This document shows, in pieces, positions 9,092 through 19,593 of a stretch of 64,000 bases of DNA (the first letter of the stretch is position 1; the number at the start of each line of letters is the position of its first letter). The notes beneath the pieces are model-generated. The model made no database searches, had not been told where the DNA came from, and worked only from the letters and a program-made list of their open reading frames with translations. The position numbers and the translations under genes are program-made. This DNA comes from an uncultured Blautia sp. GTDB lineage: Bacteria > Bacillota > Clostridia > Lachnospirales > Lachnospiraceae. The stretch is from the NCBI GenBank assembly GCA_900553515.1, contig USDN01000009.1, positions 123-64,122 on the forward strand, read 5' to 3'.

Positions 9092-11668
9092 TTATGCTTT
9101 CATTGCCTTGCGGCCGCAGCACTGTTTGTATTTCTTGCCGCTTCCGCACGGACATGGATCATTTGGATAAACCTTTTCTTCTTTTCTCTGGACAGGCTTA
9201 CGTACACTGGAATCATCCTTGTTGGTTCCGGTAACCTTGGCAACCTGCTCACGCTCGATCTTCTGCTCTACATGAACATGATACAGCATACGTACCGTAT
9301 CCTCCTGAATAGAGTTTGTCATCTCATTGAACATATCATAAGCGCTCATCTTATACTCAACAACCGGATCTCTCTGTCCATAGCCAACCAGTCCGATACC
9401 CTGACGGAGGATTTCCATATCGTCGATATGATCCATCCACTTACTGTCAATACACTTCAGAAGAACTACTCGCTCCAGCTCACGCAGCTGCTCCGGTTCC
9501 GGGAATTCAGATTCCTTGGTCTCATAAAGCTTCACAGCTTCTTCCTTAAGGATATGCTTCATTTCATTTTTCTTCTTGCCTTTTACTTTGTCCCCGGTAA
9601 GAGCCTCGATCGGGATAATCGGAAGGAGAATCGAATTAAATTCCTCAAGATTCCACTCTTCTGCATCCACATCATCTGAGAAGCATCTGTCCACTGTGTT
9701 ATCCACAATATCCGTAATCATCTTATAAATGGAGTCACGCATGTTCTCTCCATCCAGAACCTGACGACGCTCTTTGTAAATGATCTCACGCTGTTCATTA
9801 TTTACCTGGTCGTAGTCAAGAAGATTTTTACGAATACCAAAGTTATTGAACTCAATCTTCTCCTGTGCTTTCTGAATCGCATTGGAGAGCATCTTATGTT
9901 CGATCTGCTCATTTTCAGCAACACCGAGAGAAGTGAATACCTTCATCAGACGCTCTGAACCGAAGAGACGCATCAGATCGTCCTCCAGAGAGATATAAAA
10001 ACGGGATTCACCCGGATCTCCCTGACGTCCGGAACGTCCACGGAGCTGATTGTCAATACGTCTGGACTCATGACGCTCTGTACCGATGATCTTCAGACCG
10101 CCGGCCTCTCTGGCCACATCATCCAGCTTGATATCTGTACCACGGCCTGCCATGTTGGTAGCAATGGTAACAGCTCCGGCCTGACCTGCCTGGGCAACGA
10201 TCTCAGCCTCCAGCTCATGGAATTTCGCATTCAGGACATTATGCTGGATTCCCTGACGGCGGAGCATCTTGCTGAGAAGCTCAGATGTTTCGATGGTAAT
10301 GGTACCAACCAGTACCGGCTGCTGTCTCTCATGAGCTTCCTTCACAGCCTCGACAACTGCGTTGAATTTCTCTTTCTTTGTCATATAAACAGCGTCTTCC
10401 AGGTCTTTACGCTGTACAGGTCTGTTGGTAGGGATTTCCACAACGTCCATTCCGTAGATATCACGGAACTCTTTTTCCTCAGTAAGGGCAGTACCAGTCA
10501 TACCGCCTTTTTTGTCATATTTATTAAAGAAGTTCTGGAAAGTAATGGTGGCAAGTGTCTTGCTCTCACGTTTTACTCTTACATGCTCCTTAGCCTCAAT
10601 AGCCTGATGGAGTCCGTCAGAATAACGGCGTCCCGGCATGATACGTCCGGTAAATTCATCTACGATCAGGATCTCATCATCTTTTACTACATAATCCTGA
10701 TCTTTGTGCATCAGGTTATGGGCACGGAGCGCCAGAATAATGTTATGCTGGATCTCCAGGTTTTCCGGATCTGCAAGGTTTTCGATATTAAAGAATTTCT
10801 CGACCTTCTTCACACCACGCTCTGTAAGGTTTACGATCTTATCCTTTTCGTTTACTACAAAGTCTCCTGTCTCAATGACCTCTTCACCCATGATAGCGGC
10901 CATTTTGGTCATCTCATGGCTGGCCTCACCACGCTCCAGCTGCTGTGCCAGAATATCACAGACCTCATAAAGCTTGGTAGATTTGCCGCTCTGTCCGGAA
11001 ATGATAAGCGGGGTACGTGCCTCGTCAATAAGTACGGAGTCCACCTCATCAATGATACAGTAATGAAGGTCTCTCTGTACCAGCTGCTCTTTATAAATGA
11101 CCATATTGTCACGCAGGTAATCAAATCCCAGCTCATTATTTGTTACATAGGTAATATCACATCCATAGGCCGCACGGCGTTCCTCCGGCTTCATATCATT
11201 CAGAACTACGCCTACTGTCAGTCCAAGGAACTCATGAACCTTGCCCATCCACTCGGCATCACGCTTTGCCAGATAGTCATTGACAGTAACAATATGGACA
11301 CCTCTGCCTTCCAGTGCATTCAGATATGCCGGAAGAGTAGATACAAGTGTCTTACCTTCACCGGTTTTCATCTCTGCAATACGTCCCTGATGAAGGATGA
11401 TACCGCCGATGATCTGTACACGGTAATGCTCCATTCCAAGAACACGTTTTGCAGCTTCACGTACAGTTGCAAAAGCCTCTGGCAGCAGATCATCAAGAGT
11501 TGCTCCCTCTTCCAGACGCTTCTTATATTCTCTTGTTTTGTCCCTTAGTTCCTCATCAGTTAATTTCTGCATCTCCGGACGCAGTGCCTCTGTTTTCTCT
11601 ACAAGCGGCATGATACGCTTGACTTCACGCTGGCTGTGCGTTCCGAATACTTTTGAAAACACGTTCAT
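9092..11668 (-). CDS. secA: Preprotein translocase ATPase SecA
   Basis: [38 protein letters not shown] motif [13 protein letters not shown]. Confidence 0.99.
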   Translation of the reverse strand: MNVFSKVFGTHSQREVKRIMPLVEKTEALRPEMQKLTDEELRDKTREYKKRLEEGATLDDLLPEAFATVREAAKRVLGMEHYRVQIIGGIILHQGRIAEMKTGEGKTLVSTLPAYLNALEGRGVHIVTVNDYLAKRDAEWMGKVHEFLGLTVGVVLNDMKPEERRAAYGCDITYVTNNELGFDYLRDNMVIYKEQLVQRDLHYCIIDEVDSVLIDEARTPLIISGQSGKSTKLYEVCDILAQQLERGEASHEMTKMAAIMGEEVIETGDFVVNEKDKIVNLTERGVKKVEKFFNIENLADPENLEIQHNIILALRAHNLMHKDQDYVVKDDEILIVDEFTGRIMPGRRYSDGLHQAIEAKEHVRVKRESKTLATITFQNFFNKYDKKGGMTGTALTEEKEFRDIYGMDVVEIPTNRPVQRKDLEDAVYMTKKEKFNAVVEAVKEAHERQQPVLVGTITIETSELLSKMLRRQGIQHNVLNAKFHELEAEIVAQAGQAGAVTIATNMAGRGTDIKLDDVAREAGGLKIIGTERHESRRIDNQLRGRSGRQGDPGESRFYISLEDDLMRLFGSERLMKVFTSLGVAENEQIEHKMLSNAIQKAQEKIEFNNFGIRKNLLDYDQVNNEQREIIYKERRQVLDGENMRDSIYKMITDIVDNTVDRCFSDDVDAEEWNLEEFNSILLPIIPIEALTGDKVKGKKKNEMKHILKEEAVKLYETKESEFPEPEQLRELERVVLLKCIDSKWMDHIDDMEILRQGIGLVGYGQRDPVVEYKMSAYDMFNEMTNSIQEDTVRMLYHVHVEQKIEREQVAKVTGTNKDDSSVRKPVQRKEEKVYPNDPCPCGSGKKYKQCCGRKAMKA

Positions 11669-11905
11669 AAATATACTCCTGTTTGTTTTATTCTATAAAA
11701 ATGTGTTCTACGGAATCTTCCGTAATTTTGTTAATATAATAAATCTATTCTATTCTATCACTTTCTCAAAGGGAAAACAATGATTTTTCTCAGGCTTGTC
11801 AGATTTTTCCCCTTATGCTATGATTAGCTTCGAACTACGGAAACAACCAGGCATTTATCTTTTGATACCCGCATATCCACTTTATATAAAAGAAAGGAAT
11901 CACAT

Positions 11906-12274
11906 TTGAAAAAAAAGGAACTTATCTTTATTACCGCAATCCTTGCTGCAGCTCTGCTCCTGTGGGGCGTTATGTTCCTGATGCGAAAAGGAGACTACGG
12001 TTCTGTAAGGATCACGGTAAATGGAGAAGAGTACGGAACCTACTCTCTTTCTCAGAATCAGGTCATCTCCATCGGAGAGACCAATGTCTGTGAGATCAGA
12101 GACGGACAAATAAAAATGACTGAAGCTGACTGTCCGGATCATCTCTGTATAAAACAAAAAGCCGTGGGAAGTTCCGGCGGAACAATCGTCTGTCTTCCCA
12201 ACAAAGTTGTGATAGAAGGAGTAAAAGCCGCAGGCTCCGAAGATATCTCTTCGGAATTTGATACGGCCGTATAA
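11906..12274 (+). CDS. NusG domain II (DUF1312) membrane-anchored protein
   Basis: N-terminal TM helix; ADCPDHLC...IVCLPNKVVI; TTG start after AAAGGA. Confidence 0.85.
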   Translation: MKKKELIFITAILAAALLLWGVMFLMRKGDYGSVRITVNGEEYGTYSLSQNQVISIGETNVCEIRDGQIKMTEADCPDHLCIKQKAVGSSGGTIVCLPNKVVIEGVKAAGSEDISSEFDTAV

Positions 12275-12277
12275 ATT

Positions 12278-12763
12278 ATGAACCATAAAAAAACAGCATA
12301 TCTGGGACTTTTTGCCGCAATCGCTATTATCTTTGGGTATGTAGAATCCCTGATCCCATTTTTTGCAGGAATACCCGGTATGAAACTGGGGCTGGCCAAT
12401 CTTGCCGTTCTTTTTATCCTTGAAAAGTATTCCTGGAAAGAAGCCGCCCTGGTTTCCACAGTAAGAATCCTGGTGATCGGCTTCCTTTTTGGAAATATGT
12501 TCAGCATCCTCTACAGTCTGGCAGGAGCTGCATTAAGTCTCACAGTCATGACCCTCATGAAAAAATTTTCCGGTTTCAGCATCCTGGGAATCAGTGTTGC
12601 CGGAGGCGTTTCCCACAATATCGGACAGCTGATCGTTGCCTCTCTCATTGTAGAAAACACCAGTCTTCTTTATTATGCTCCGGCTCTTCTGATCTCCGGA
12701 GTTGTAACCGGACTTCCGATCGGGCTTCTCACCGGAGAAATCACAAAAAGGATACGCCTGTAA
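12278..12763 (+). CDS. Gx transporter family (heptaprenyl diphosphate synthase I-like) membrane protein
   Basis: ESLIP...PGMKLGLAN...SVAGGVSHNIGQ. Confidence 0.88.
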   Translation: MNHKKTAYLGLFAAIAIIFGYVESLIPFFAGIPGMKLGLANLAVLFILEKYSWKEAALVSTVRILVIGFLFGNMFSILYSLAGAALSLTVMTLMKKFSGFSILGISVAGGVSHNIGQLIVASLIVENTSLLYYAPALLISGVVTGLPIGLLTGEITKRIRL

Positions 12764-12789
12764 AGAAAAAGGCGTATCCTTTCTTTTTT

Positions 12790-13830
12790 CTATTTCAGTA
12801 TTTCTGTCTCATAAGTATTCTTCATAAGTTCAAAGCGCTCTTTCATCCCTTCTGTAAGATATACTTTATGATCCTCATCCACAAAAGCTGCATCTGCTCC
12901 ATACTTTTCCAGAACCGGAAGCGCTTTTTCTTTTCCCAGCACAAAACACGCCGTAGAAAGTCCGTCTGCAAAAAGTCCGCTGTCACAGACAACTGTTACA
13001 GAGGTAAGTCTGTTCCAGACAGGGTAACCGGTTTCCGGATCAAGAATGTGATGATATCTTTTTCCATCTTCCATAAAATACCGCTCATAATCCCCTGACG
13101 TGGAAAGAAATTCTCCACCCTTCAATGTAACGGCTCCCAGGTAGTCTCCCTCCGGTTCCCTTGGATCCCGTATTGCCACCCTCCAGTCTGACTGATCCGG
13201 CTTTTCTCCGTAAGCCATCACACTGCTTCCTCCCAGATTCAGGATCATACCGGAAACATCCTTATCCTGTTCCAGAAGCTCCATAACCAGATCGCAGCCG
13301 ATTCCCTTTCCCGCTGCCCCCAGATCAATGGTAGCACCATCTTTTAATGTAACTTTATTTCCATCAAGTTCCAGCTTTTCATATCCGGTTTCTTTCAGAA
13401 GCGATTCTAATTCTCCCGTTTGAGGAATCCCTGCATTTTCTCCTCCAATGTCCCAGAGACGGATCACTTTGCCAAGTGTAGGATCAAAAGCACCCTGTGA
13501 ATCTTCTGCAAGCTGCTGTATTTTTTGCAGATAATCTGCAAGCTCAGCAGAAACCTCAATGGTTTCTCCTCCGGCATGATTCACCTGAGCAATCTGAGAA
13601 TCTTCCTCTGTCCAGGAAAGAATCTCATCCTCCGTTTTTTTCAGAAGCTTCCCGATAGAAGGATTCAGATCTGTTCCTTTTGTATACAAAGTTTCTGAAA
13701 CAACCGTATTCATGGCAAAATCTGTATTCGTGTATTTTTGAGTTTTTGCCTGAACGGGACTGAAAACAAGTCCTGTCAGTACCATGCCTGCTAAGGCTGT
13801 ACTCATCCCGAATTTCTGTTTTTTTGTCAT
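12790..13830 (-). CDS. apbE: FAD:protein FMN transferase ApbE
   Basis: Signal peptide, AFDPTLG, IDLGAAGKG, STSGDYERY, HHILDP, ADGLSTA. Confidence 0.92.
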   Translation of the reverse strand: MTKKQKFGMSTALAGMVLTGLVFSPVQAKTQKYTNTDFAMNTVVSETLYTKGTDLNPSIGKLLKKTEDEILSWTEEDSQIAQVNHAGGETIEVSAELADYLQKIQQLAEDSQGAFDPTLGKVIRLWDIGGENAGIPQTGELESLLKETGYEKLELDGNKVTLKDGATIDLGAAGKGIGCDLVMELLEQDKDVSGMILNLGGSSVMAYGEKPDQSDWRVAIRDPREPEGDYLGAVTLKGGEFLSTSGDYERYFMEDGKRYHHILDPETGYPVWNRLTSVTVVCDSGLFADGLSTACFVLGKEKALPVLEKYGADAAFVDEDHKVYLTEGMKERFELMKNTYETEILK

Positions 13831-13848
13831 CAAATCACCTTTCTGATA

Positions 13849-15390
13849 TCAGTGCGGCAGAAGTTCTCTGGTCTCCTCCACTGCTTTTTTTGTTCCTGCC
13901 AGCATGGAACAGGGCTGATCCAGCGTAATGGAAGTCCCGTCTATCTGTCCTACAGTTCCTCCGGCCTCTTCAACAATCACAGAAGCTGCAGCATAATCGT
14001 ATGGATTAAGCTTCATTTCCAGATAAACTGCGTTTCTTCCTGAAGCGATTCTGCACAGATCCAGTGCAGCAGATCCTCCGCTTCGAATGCAGAGACTTCT
14101 CATATAAAGTTCCTGCACTGTCTGAAAAAGAATATCAATTTTATCTTCATTATATCTTGCACATCCAAAAGCTGCAATTCCTTCTGCAAGAGAAATATTT
14201 TCCATCTGCAGCTTCTGTCCGTTCAAAGTACTTCCCTTGCCACGGATTCCCATATACATCTCATCCATATAGGGATCATATACAAATCCTGCGGTCATTT
14301 TCCCTTCATGTGCCAGTCCTACAGAAATACAGCTGAAATGATAATCAAACATAAAGTTTGTGGTTCCGTCTATAGGATCAATATAAAATGTATATTCTCC
14401 GGAAGCTCCCGCTCCCTGATTTCCCTCTGTATCCTCTTCACCAAAAAACGCTGCTCCCGGCAGGATCACACTCAACTCACGAATCAGAAAACGCTGGATC
14501 TCTGTGTCAAAATCCGTACAAAAATTGGCCAGTCCTTCTTTTTTATGGATTGTTTCCTTTGATAGCTTTGCATTTCTCAGCTTCTCTCCGGCTTTACGGA
14601 CAATAGCTTCTATCGCCTGATAATCGATATCCGTACTGCTTTCCACAGACGGTTCTCCTGGCGCCATCTCCTCTGTCATCAGGATTTCCTCTGTCGGCTT
14701 CTTTTCCGAGACTTCAGGTTTCTCCGCTTTTCTACTCTCTCCGTCCATCTCGGAGTATCCCTTCCATGGTTCCACATCCCAGCCGCCAAATTCTCTGACA
14801 TTTTTCACAACATATTTTCTGCTTCGGTCAAAGCCCCAGTAAAGAACACCGCCCAGCACACCTCCGAGGCTGTTAAAAAACAGATCCGTAAGCTGAAAGG
14901 TTCCAATCTTCAGAAAAAGCTGGCAGCTCTCTATGCACAACGAGCAAAAGAAGCCGATCCAGAGACTGTTCAGCAGAACCTCCTGTACCTTTTTCTTTCT
15001 GTAATCTGTCTTATGTTCCCATACCCGGTATAAAAGAGGAAGCAGCGGAAGAAACATAATAAGATTCTCCATATTTTCTGTATAAATACTTCCGTCTGCC
15101 TTATGTAATCCCCAGATTCCCAGAACACTGTCCAGCGGATTTCCCCAGATACTCCTGCAGAAAAGTGTCCGGAACAGAACCAGACATCCATAAAATACCA
15201 GAAAGAACTCTCTCCGGAACTGCCTGTCAGTTCGAAATTCCTGTATCCAGGTCCGTATCACCGCTTCCGTGCCTTTTTTCTTTATCTGCATGTATACGCT
15301 CATAAAAAGAACTGCGATCACCAGCGACGCCCCGCAGCTTTGATAAAGAACGCCAAGCACATTCCCGATCACTGAAACCATATAGTTCAT
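13849..15390 (-). CDS. VanZ-like membrane domain fused to inositol monophosphatase
   Basis: ENLIMFLP...IESCQLF...DLFFNSLGGVLG (VanZ), then GEE, IDPIDGTTNF, GSAALDLC, YDYAAA (IMPase). Confidence 0.85.
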   Translation of the reverse strand: MNYMVSVIGNVLGVLYQSCGASLVIAVLFMSVYMQIKKKGTEAVIRTWIQEFRTDRQFRREFFLVFYGCLVLFRTLFCRSIWGNPLDSVLGIWGLHKADGSIYTENMENLIMFLPLLPLLYRVWEHKTDYRKKKVQEVLLNSLWIGFFCSLCIESCQLFLKIGTFQLTDLFFNSLGGVLGGVLYWGFDRSRKYVVKNVREFGGWDVEPWKGYSEMDGESRKAEKPEVSEKKPTEEILMTEEMAPGEPSVESSTDIDYQAIEAIVRKAGEKLRNAKLSKETIHKKEGLANFCTDFDTEIQRFLIRELSVILPGAAFFGEEDTEGNQGAGASGEYTFYIDPIDGTTNFMFDYHFSCISVGLAHEGKMTAGFVYDPYMDEMYMGIRGKGSTLNGQKLQMENISLAEGIAAFGCARYNEDKIDILFQTVQELYMRSLCIRSGGSAALDLCRIASGRNAVYLEMKLNPYDYAAASVIVEEAGGTVGQIDGTSITLDQPCSMLAGTKKAVEETRELLPH

Positions 15391-15492
15391 TCCAATACCA
15401 CCCTTTCTTCGATTATTCTTTTTCTATTATAATCAAATCTTTCTTAAACTTCAATTTCTGTTTATGGGGATGGGGGAATTTTAGTTTCTTTT

Positions 15493-15654
15493 TTACTGAC
15501 TTACCACAGGTTTTCCATCTTTATCAAGCAATGGCGTAAAACCTGATGCATTTCCATTTCTATGAAAAACATAATTTACACCTGTTTGTGTATCAACCCA
15601 AATTTCAATTATCTCAATAGTTCCTTGCTTGTATATTTTTTTAAAACGCTCCAT
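15493..15654 (-). CDS. Small DUF6440-like protein, 53 aa (not in ORF track)
   Basis: Manual translation MERFKKIYKQGTIEIIEIWVDTQTGVNYVFHRNGNASGFTPLLDKDGKPVVSQ with RBS GGGAG. Confidence 0.75.
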   Translation of the reverse strand: MERFKKIYKQGTIEIIEIWVDTQTGVNYVFHRNGNASGFTPLLDKDGKPVVSQ

Positions 15655-15910
15655 AATTTTCTCTCCCTTCGTAAAAATAAGGCGATATCTTTACTCGTAT
15701 TATATGTGAAATATCAAGATTACTCAATTGTTTCTTGAAACAAAAGCAAAAAGTCATAAAAATCACAAAATTTTCAATCTGCCCTTACGCAAGATATAAC
15801 ACTCCTGCAGACTCATAAGTATTAATTTAAATAATTGCAAACATCTCTACTTTACGTAGGTATACAAATTCATCATTCTCATCTATACTTTTTTCAAGGA
15901 GGGATAAACG

Positions 15911-16132
15911 ATGAATCAATATATTACAGGAGCTATAATCCGACAATTACGAGAAAACAGCCATTTAACACAAGCTGAACTTGCAGAAAAACTATGTGTA
16001 TCTGACAAAACAGTTTCCAAATGGGAAACTGCCAAAGGATATCCTGATATTTCTCTATTGGAGTCACTGGCACAAGTTTTCAACGTATCTGTTGCAGATA
16101 TAACCATTGAGGGGCGTAAGCCCTGCTGTTAG
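15911..16132 (+). CDS. XRE HTH protein, probably C-terminally truncated
   Basis: LTQAELAEKLCVSDKTVSKWETAKGYPDI; strong AGGAGG RBS; last codons read into a terminator hairpin. Confidence 0.7.
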   Translation: MNQYITGAIIRQLRENSHLTQAELAEKLCVSDKTVSKWETAKGYPDISLLESLAQVFNVSVADITIEGRKPCC

Positions 16133-16158
16133 TCGAGTACGAGTAACAGCAGGGCTTA
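16117..16158. terminator. 15-bp perfect stem between converging genes
   Basis: TAAGCCCTGCTGTTA (16117-16131) / TAACAGCAGGGCTTA (16144-16158). Confidence 0.8.
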
Positions 16159-16160
16159 TT

Positions 16161-17048
16161 TTATTTTGCAAAAAATATCTTAATTTGCAGTTTGTCATTG
16201 TTGTAAACAGCTTCAATACTTCCGCCCATACGCTCAATCAGCAGCCTGGCGATAGATAATCCCAAACCCGTTGAATTGCGGCTGGCCTCTACTGTATAGA
16301 ATCGGTCAAACAGTCTGCCAACCGTAACTGCGGTCAGGTTATGCGCTGTGTTGGTAAAAGTAATATCCCCGTTGCTCGTCATAATAACCGACAAATCACC
16401 GTCAGAATATTTCAGCGCATTACTAATGATATTGGAGAAAATACGGTTCACCGCACCCGCATCCAGTTCACAGAAAACAGATTGCTCCGGTAATCTGATT
16501 TCCGGTTGAATTCCTTTCTCCTGCATGACCGCATAAAAAGACAGCAGGCTTTCCTCCAATGCCCGTACAATATCCATGCGTTCCAGCTTTAGCTCCTGCG
16601 AAGCTGTAACAACACTGTATCGGAATAATTCTTCGGTCATATTTTTCAAAACTTCGGTTCTGTTCTGTATTTGGGAAAGATATCGCTGAACATCCTTACT
16701 CTTTTCCTCACGCTGCAGCAAATCAAGATAACCGTTGATCGCCGTGAGAGGTGTTCTCAGATCGTGGGAGATGTTAGTAACAGCTTCTTTCAGTTCCAGA
16801 TCCCCTTGCTGATAACGCTGTCGTTCCCTACGGAGCAGGCGAAGCTGCACATTGATTTCTGACGCTAACTTTCGCATACAGGAATCACGGGTGGAAATAT
16901 TGACAAGAGTGTTGGTATCTGTTGTCAACCGGTCCCGGAACGCATCTGCAATTTCATGTGCCGACCTGCGCAGAAAACATATTTTTGCAAGAAGCACAAA
17001 AATAATCAGAAGCAATATTCCGATAATGATTAACAGTAGATACTCCAT
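16161..17048 (-). CDS. Sensor histidine kinase
   Basis: Single N-terminal TM, SHDLRTPLT, NIISNALKY, GLGLSIA. Confidence 0.93.
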   Translation of the reverse strand: MEYLLLIIIGILLLIIFVLLAKICFLRRSAHEIADAFRDRLTTDTNTLVNISTRDSCMRKLASEINVQLRLLRRERQRYQQGDLELKEAVTNISHDLRTPLTAINGYLDLLQREEKSKDVQRYLSQIQNRTEVLKNMTEELFRYSVVTASQELKLERMDIVRALEESLLSFYAVMQEKGIQPEIRLPEQSVFCELDAGAVNRIFSNIISNALKYSDGDLSVIMTSNGDITFTNTAHNLTAVTVGRLFDRFYTVEASRNSTGLGLSIARLLIERMGGSIEAVYNNDKLQIKIFFAK

Positions 17049-17060
17049 TTTCTTTTCTCC

Positions 17061-17837
17061 TTACCGAATATCCTTATTTTCAAATCCACGGCAGCTGACA
17101 ACGGCAGAAATAGCAGCCAGCAGAAAACTGCAAAGTCCACTGTATTCCGGCTGAGGAACCTGCCAGGCAGACAGCTGAGCCGCCTGACCGGTAGGATTCA
17201 GGTTATGTAAAAGCAGATACACTTGCCGTACGATCCCTGACACATAGTGAGAATTGACAGCGTCATTTTTGTAAGGGGGCTGCACCAGGATGCTGTTGGT
17301 ATGCAAAGCCAGCAAAAGCATTCCAAAGGCCATAGCCATAGTCACCAGGATACCTCTGGATTGATTGGCACACAGCAGGGTCAGGCCGGCAAAGAAACAC
17401 CCCTGAGCCATGCTCATCCCCAGACCTGTCAGAGTAAACTGAAGAAAATCCCCGGCTTTCACATTCATTTCAAACAGGGGCAGACTCAAAACCGTTGTAA
17501 ACCCGACGACTATCAGGTAAATTCCTCCGCAGCCCACCGCTGCCACTGCCAGCTGTGCCAGTACATAGTCCCGTCGGCAGGGTACGCTCAACAGCTTGCA
17601 CCGAACAAATCCTCCTGAAAAATCCTGTCCCAGAAAAAAGCTGACAAAAGCTGCCGAAGCCATGCCCCAGAGAGTCAGGGGAAGAAAGATTACCCGGCTG
17701 ATCGGCACGGTATAATCCATAGCGGTGGCCTGCATTCCCACAAATCCGGCTGAAGTTACTAACATTCCTGTCAGGCAGAGCCAGAAGACAGGACTTTTCC
17801 ACAGGCGGTACAACTCGGCGCGGAAACACTTAATCAT
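17061..17837 (-). CDS. ABC-2-type permease
   Basis: Multi-TM; starts at ATG 17837 overlapping the ATPase stop. Confidence 0.8.
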   Translation of the reverse strand: MIKCFRAELYRLWKSPVFWLCLTGMLVTSAGFVGMQATAMDYTVPISRVIFLPLTLWGMASAAFVSFFLGQDFSGGFVRCKLLSVPCRRDYVLAQLAVAAVGCGGIYLIVVGFTTVLSLPLFEMNVKAGDFLQFTLTGLGMSMAQGCFFAGLTLLCANQSRGILVTMAMAFGMLLLALHTNSILVQPPYKNDAVNSHYVSGIVRQVYLLLHNLNPTGQAAQLSAWQVPQPEYSGLCSFLLAAISAVVSCRGFENKDIR

Positions 17838-18744
17838 GGAAACCACCTCCCACCAGAGAAATATAGTAACTTTCCAGACTTTCATCCTTTTCCTGCATGG
17901 ACATTACCTCACAGTTTTCCTTTTCAAGAGCCATAATCAGCTGCGTCACATTGACTTTAGCGAACACATCAGCGGTGGTTTCGGACAGGATCTTGTATTC
18001 CAGGTTCATGGAATCCAGAATACGGGCCAGTACTGTAGTGCTGCTTACTTCCATGCGAACACATTTCCGGCAGGCAGCATTCAATTCCTCTGCACTCAGT
18101 TCCTTTACCATACGTCCACTGTCAATAATACCATAATGGGTAGCCAGACGGGAAAGCTCGTCCAGAATGTGACTGGAAATCAGAACAGTGATCTGCCTTT
18201 CACGGTTTAGTTTCAAAATCAGTTCACGCATTTCCACAATACCCTGTGGATCAAGTCCATTTACAGGCTCGTCAAGAACAAGAAAGTCAGGATCACCAGC
18301 CAATGCAACGGCAATTCCCAAACGCTGTTTCATGCCCAGGGAAAAGTTCCTGGCTTTCTTCTTCCCAGTATTCTCCAGCCCCACCAGCTTCAGCAGTTCA
18401 GGGATACCGTCATAGGAAGGCAGACCAAGAACAAGATACTGCTGTTTCAGATTTTCCTCCGCCGTCATATCCATATAGATAGACGGTGTTTCCACCACAG
18501 CGCCCATACGGCGGCGGGATTTAATGATGTCTTTCGTGTTATTGCAGATTCCGTATAGGGTAAAGTTACCAGAAGTTGGCATCTGCAATCCGCAGATCAG
18601 TCGAATCAGAGTAGTCTTACCAGCACCGTTTTTCCCGACAAATCCATAAATGGATCCTTTGGGAACATTCATGGTCAGACCGTTCAGAGCCTGAAAATTT
18701 TTATACCTTTTTGTCAGACTGTTTGTTTGTAAAATATAGTCCAT
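17830..18744 (-). CDS. ABC transporter ATP-binding protein (BcrA/lantibiotic-immunity-like)
   Basis: GKNGAGKTT, FSLGMKQRLG, LDEPVNGLDP, SSHIL. Confidence 0.92.
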   Translation of the reverse strand: MDYILQTNSLTKRYKNFQALNGLTMNVPKGSIYGFVGKNGAGKTTLIRLICGLQMPTSGNFTLYGICNNTKDIIKSRRRMGAVVETPSIYMDMTAEENLKQQYLVLGLPSYDGIPELLKLVGLENTGKKKARNFSLGMKQRLGIAVALAGDPDFLVLDEPVNGLDPQGIVEMRELILKLNRERQITVLISSHILDELSRLATHYGIIDSGRMVKELSAEELNAACRKCVRMEVSSTTVLARILDSMNLEYKILSETTADVFAKVNVTQLIMALEKENCEVMSMQEKDESLESYYISLVGGGFHD

Positions 18745-18786
18745 AATGTGTTACCTCCTTTGATGACTCCAGTTTATAAAACAAAA

Positions 18787-18827
18787 GTCAGGAAAGTGGT
18801 CAAGAAAAAGTCAGGATTTCGTCAAGA
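18787..18827 (-). promoter_or_regulatory. Four direct repeats TCYTGAC upstream of the ABC operon (putative response-regulator sites)
   Basis: GTCARGA on + at 18787, 18799, 18810, 18821. Confidence 0.7.
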
Positions 18828-19493
18828 TTTTTGCTCTGTCAGCTTAAAGCCGATACCCCAGACAGTTTCGACATAGTCTGCACCGCTGACTTCCTGCATT
18901 TTTCTGCGAAGATTGCTGATGTGCTGTTTCAAAGAACGCTCGGTGCAGTCGGGAGTGTCCAGGCTGATTCTGTCAAGCAGAACACTCTTGGCAATAACCT
19001 GTTTCGGATTCTCCATCAGAAGTTTCAAAATAGCATATTCCGTTCTTGTCAGCTTCACTGGCTGATCTTGTACAGTCAAAGAAAGGACTTCCGTATCCAA
19101 AACCAAATCTCCCACGGAGAGGAATTTACTGTCACCATGCCGCTCTGCCTTACGAAGCTGAACCGTGATGCGGGCAAGAAGTTCCTTTGTATCAAAAGGT
19201 TTGGTCATGTAATCCGCAGCACCGCCTAACAGAAGATTTACCTTATCCTGCACATCCACCTTTGCGCTGAGAACAATGACCGGAATGTTCTTAATGTGCG
19301 GCAAAACTTCTTCTCCGGAGAATCCCGGCAGCATCAGATCCAGCAGCACCAGGTCAGGCTTGTTTTGTGAAAGAAGATATAAAGCTTCTGTACCTGAGTA
19401 TGCACGAAGAACAGCATAGCCCTCCTGTGTCAGTACCTCCTTCAGCATGTCTCCAATATGAATATCATCATCTATGATTGCAATCGTTTTCAT
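18822..19493 (-). CDS. OmpR-family response regulator
   Basis: IIDDD, LLDLMLP, DYMTKPF, TVWGIGF. Confidence 0.93.
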   Translation of the reverse strand: MKTIAIIDDDIHIGDMLKEVLTQEGYAVLRAYSGTEALYLLSQNKPDLVLLDLMLPGFSGEEVLPHIKNIPVIVLSAKVDVQDKVNLLLGGAADYMTKPFDTKELLARITVQLRKAERHGDSKFLSVGDLVLDTEVLSLTVQDQPVKLTRTEYAILKLLMENPKQVIAKSVLLDRISLDTPDCTERSLKQHISNLRRKMQEVSGADYVETVWGIGFKLTEQKS

Positions 19494-19593
19494 TTTTGTC
19501 CCTCACAAGCAAAAATTATATAGTCCATTTTGTTCCAAAACCGAATAGTCCATTCCGTTCCGACCTATACTTTCTGAAAAAGGAGGTACAGGC

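Noticed and set aside
10070..11548. Long antisense ORFs (also 3603-4601, 25664-26797, 28184-29293, 39253-40479, 40480-42033)
   Set aside because: Shadow frames opposite well-supported genes; no recognisable motifs.
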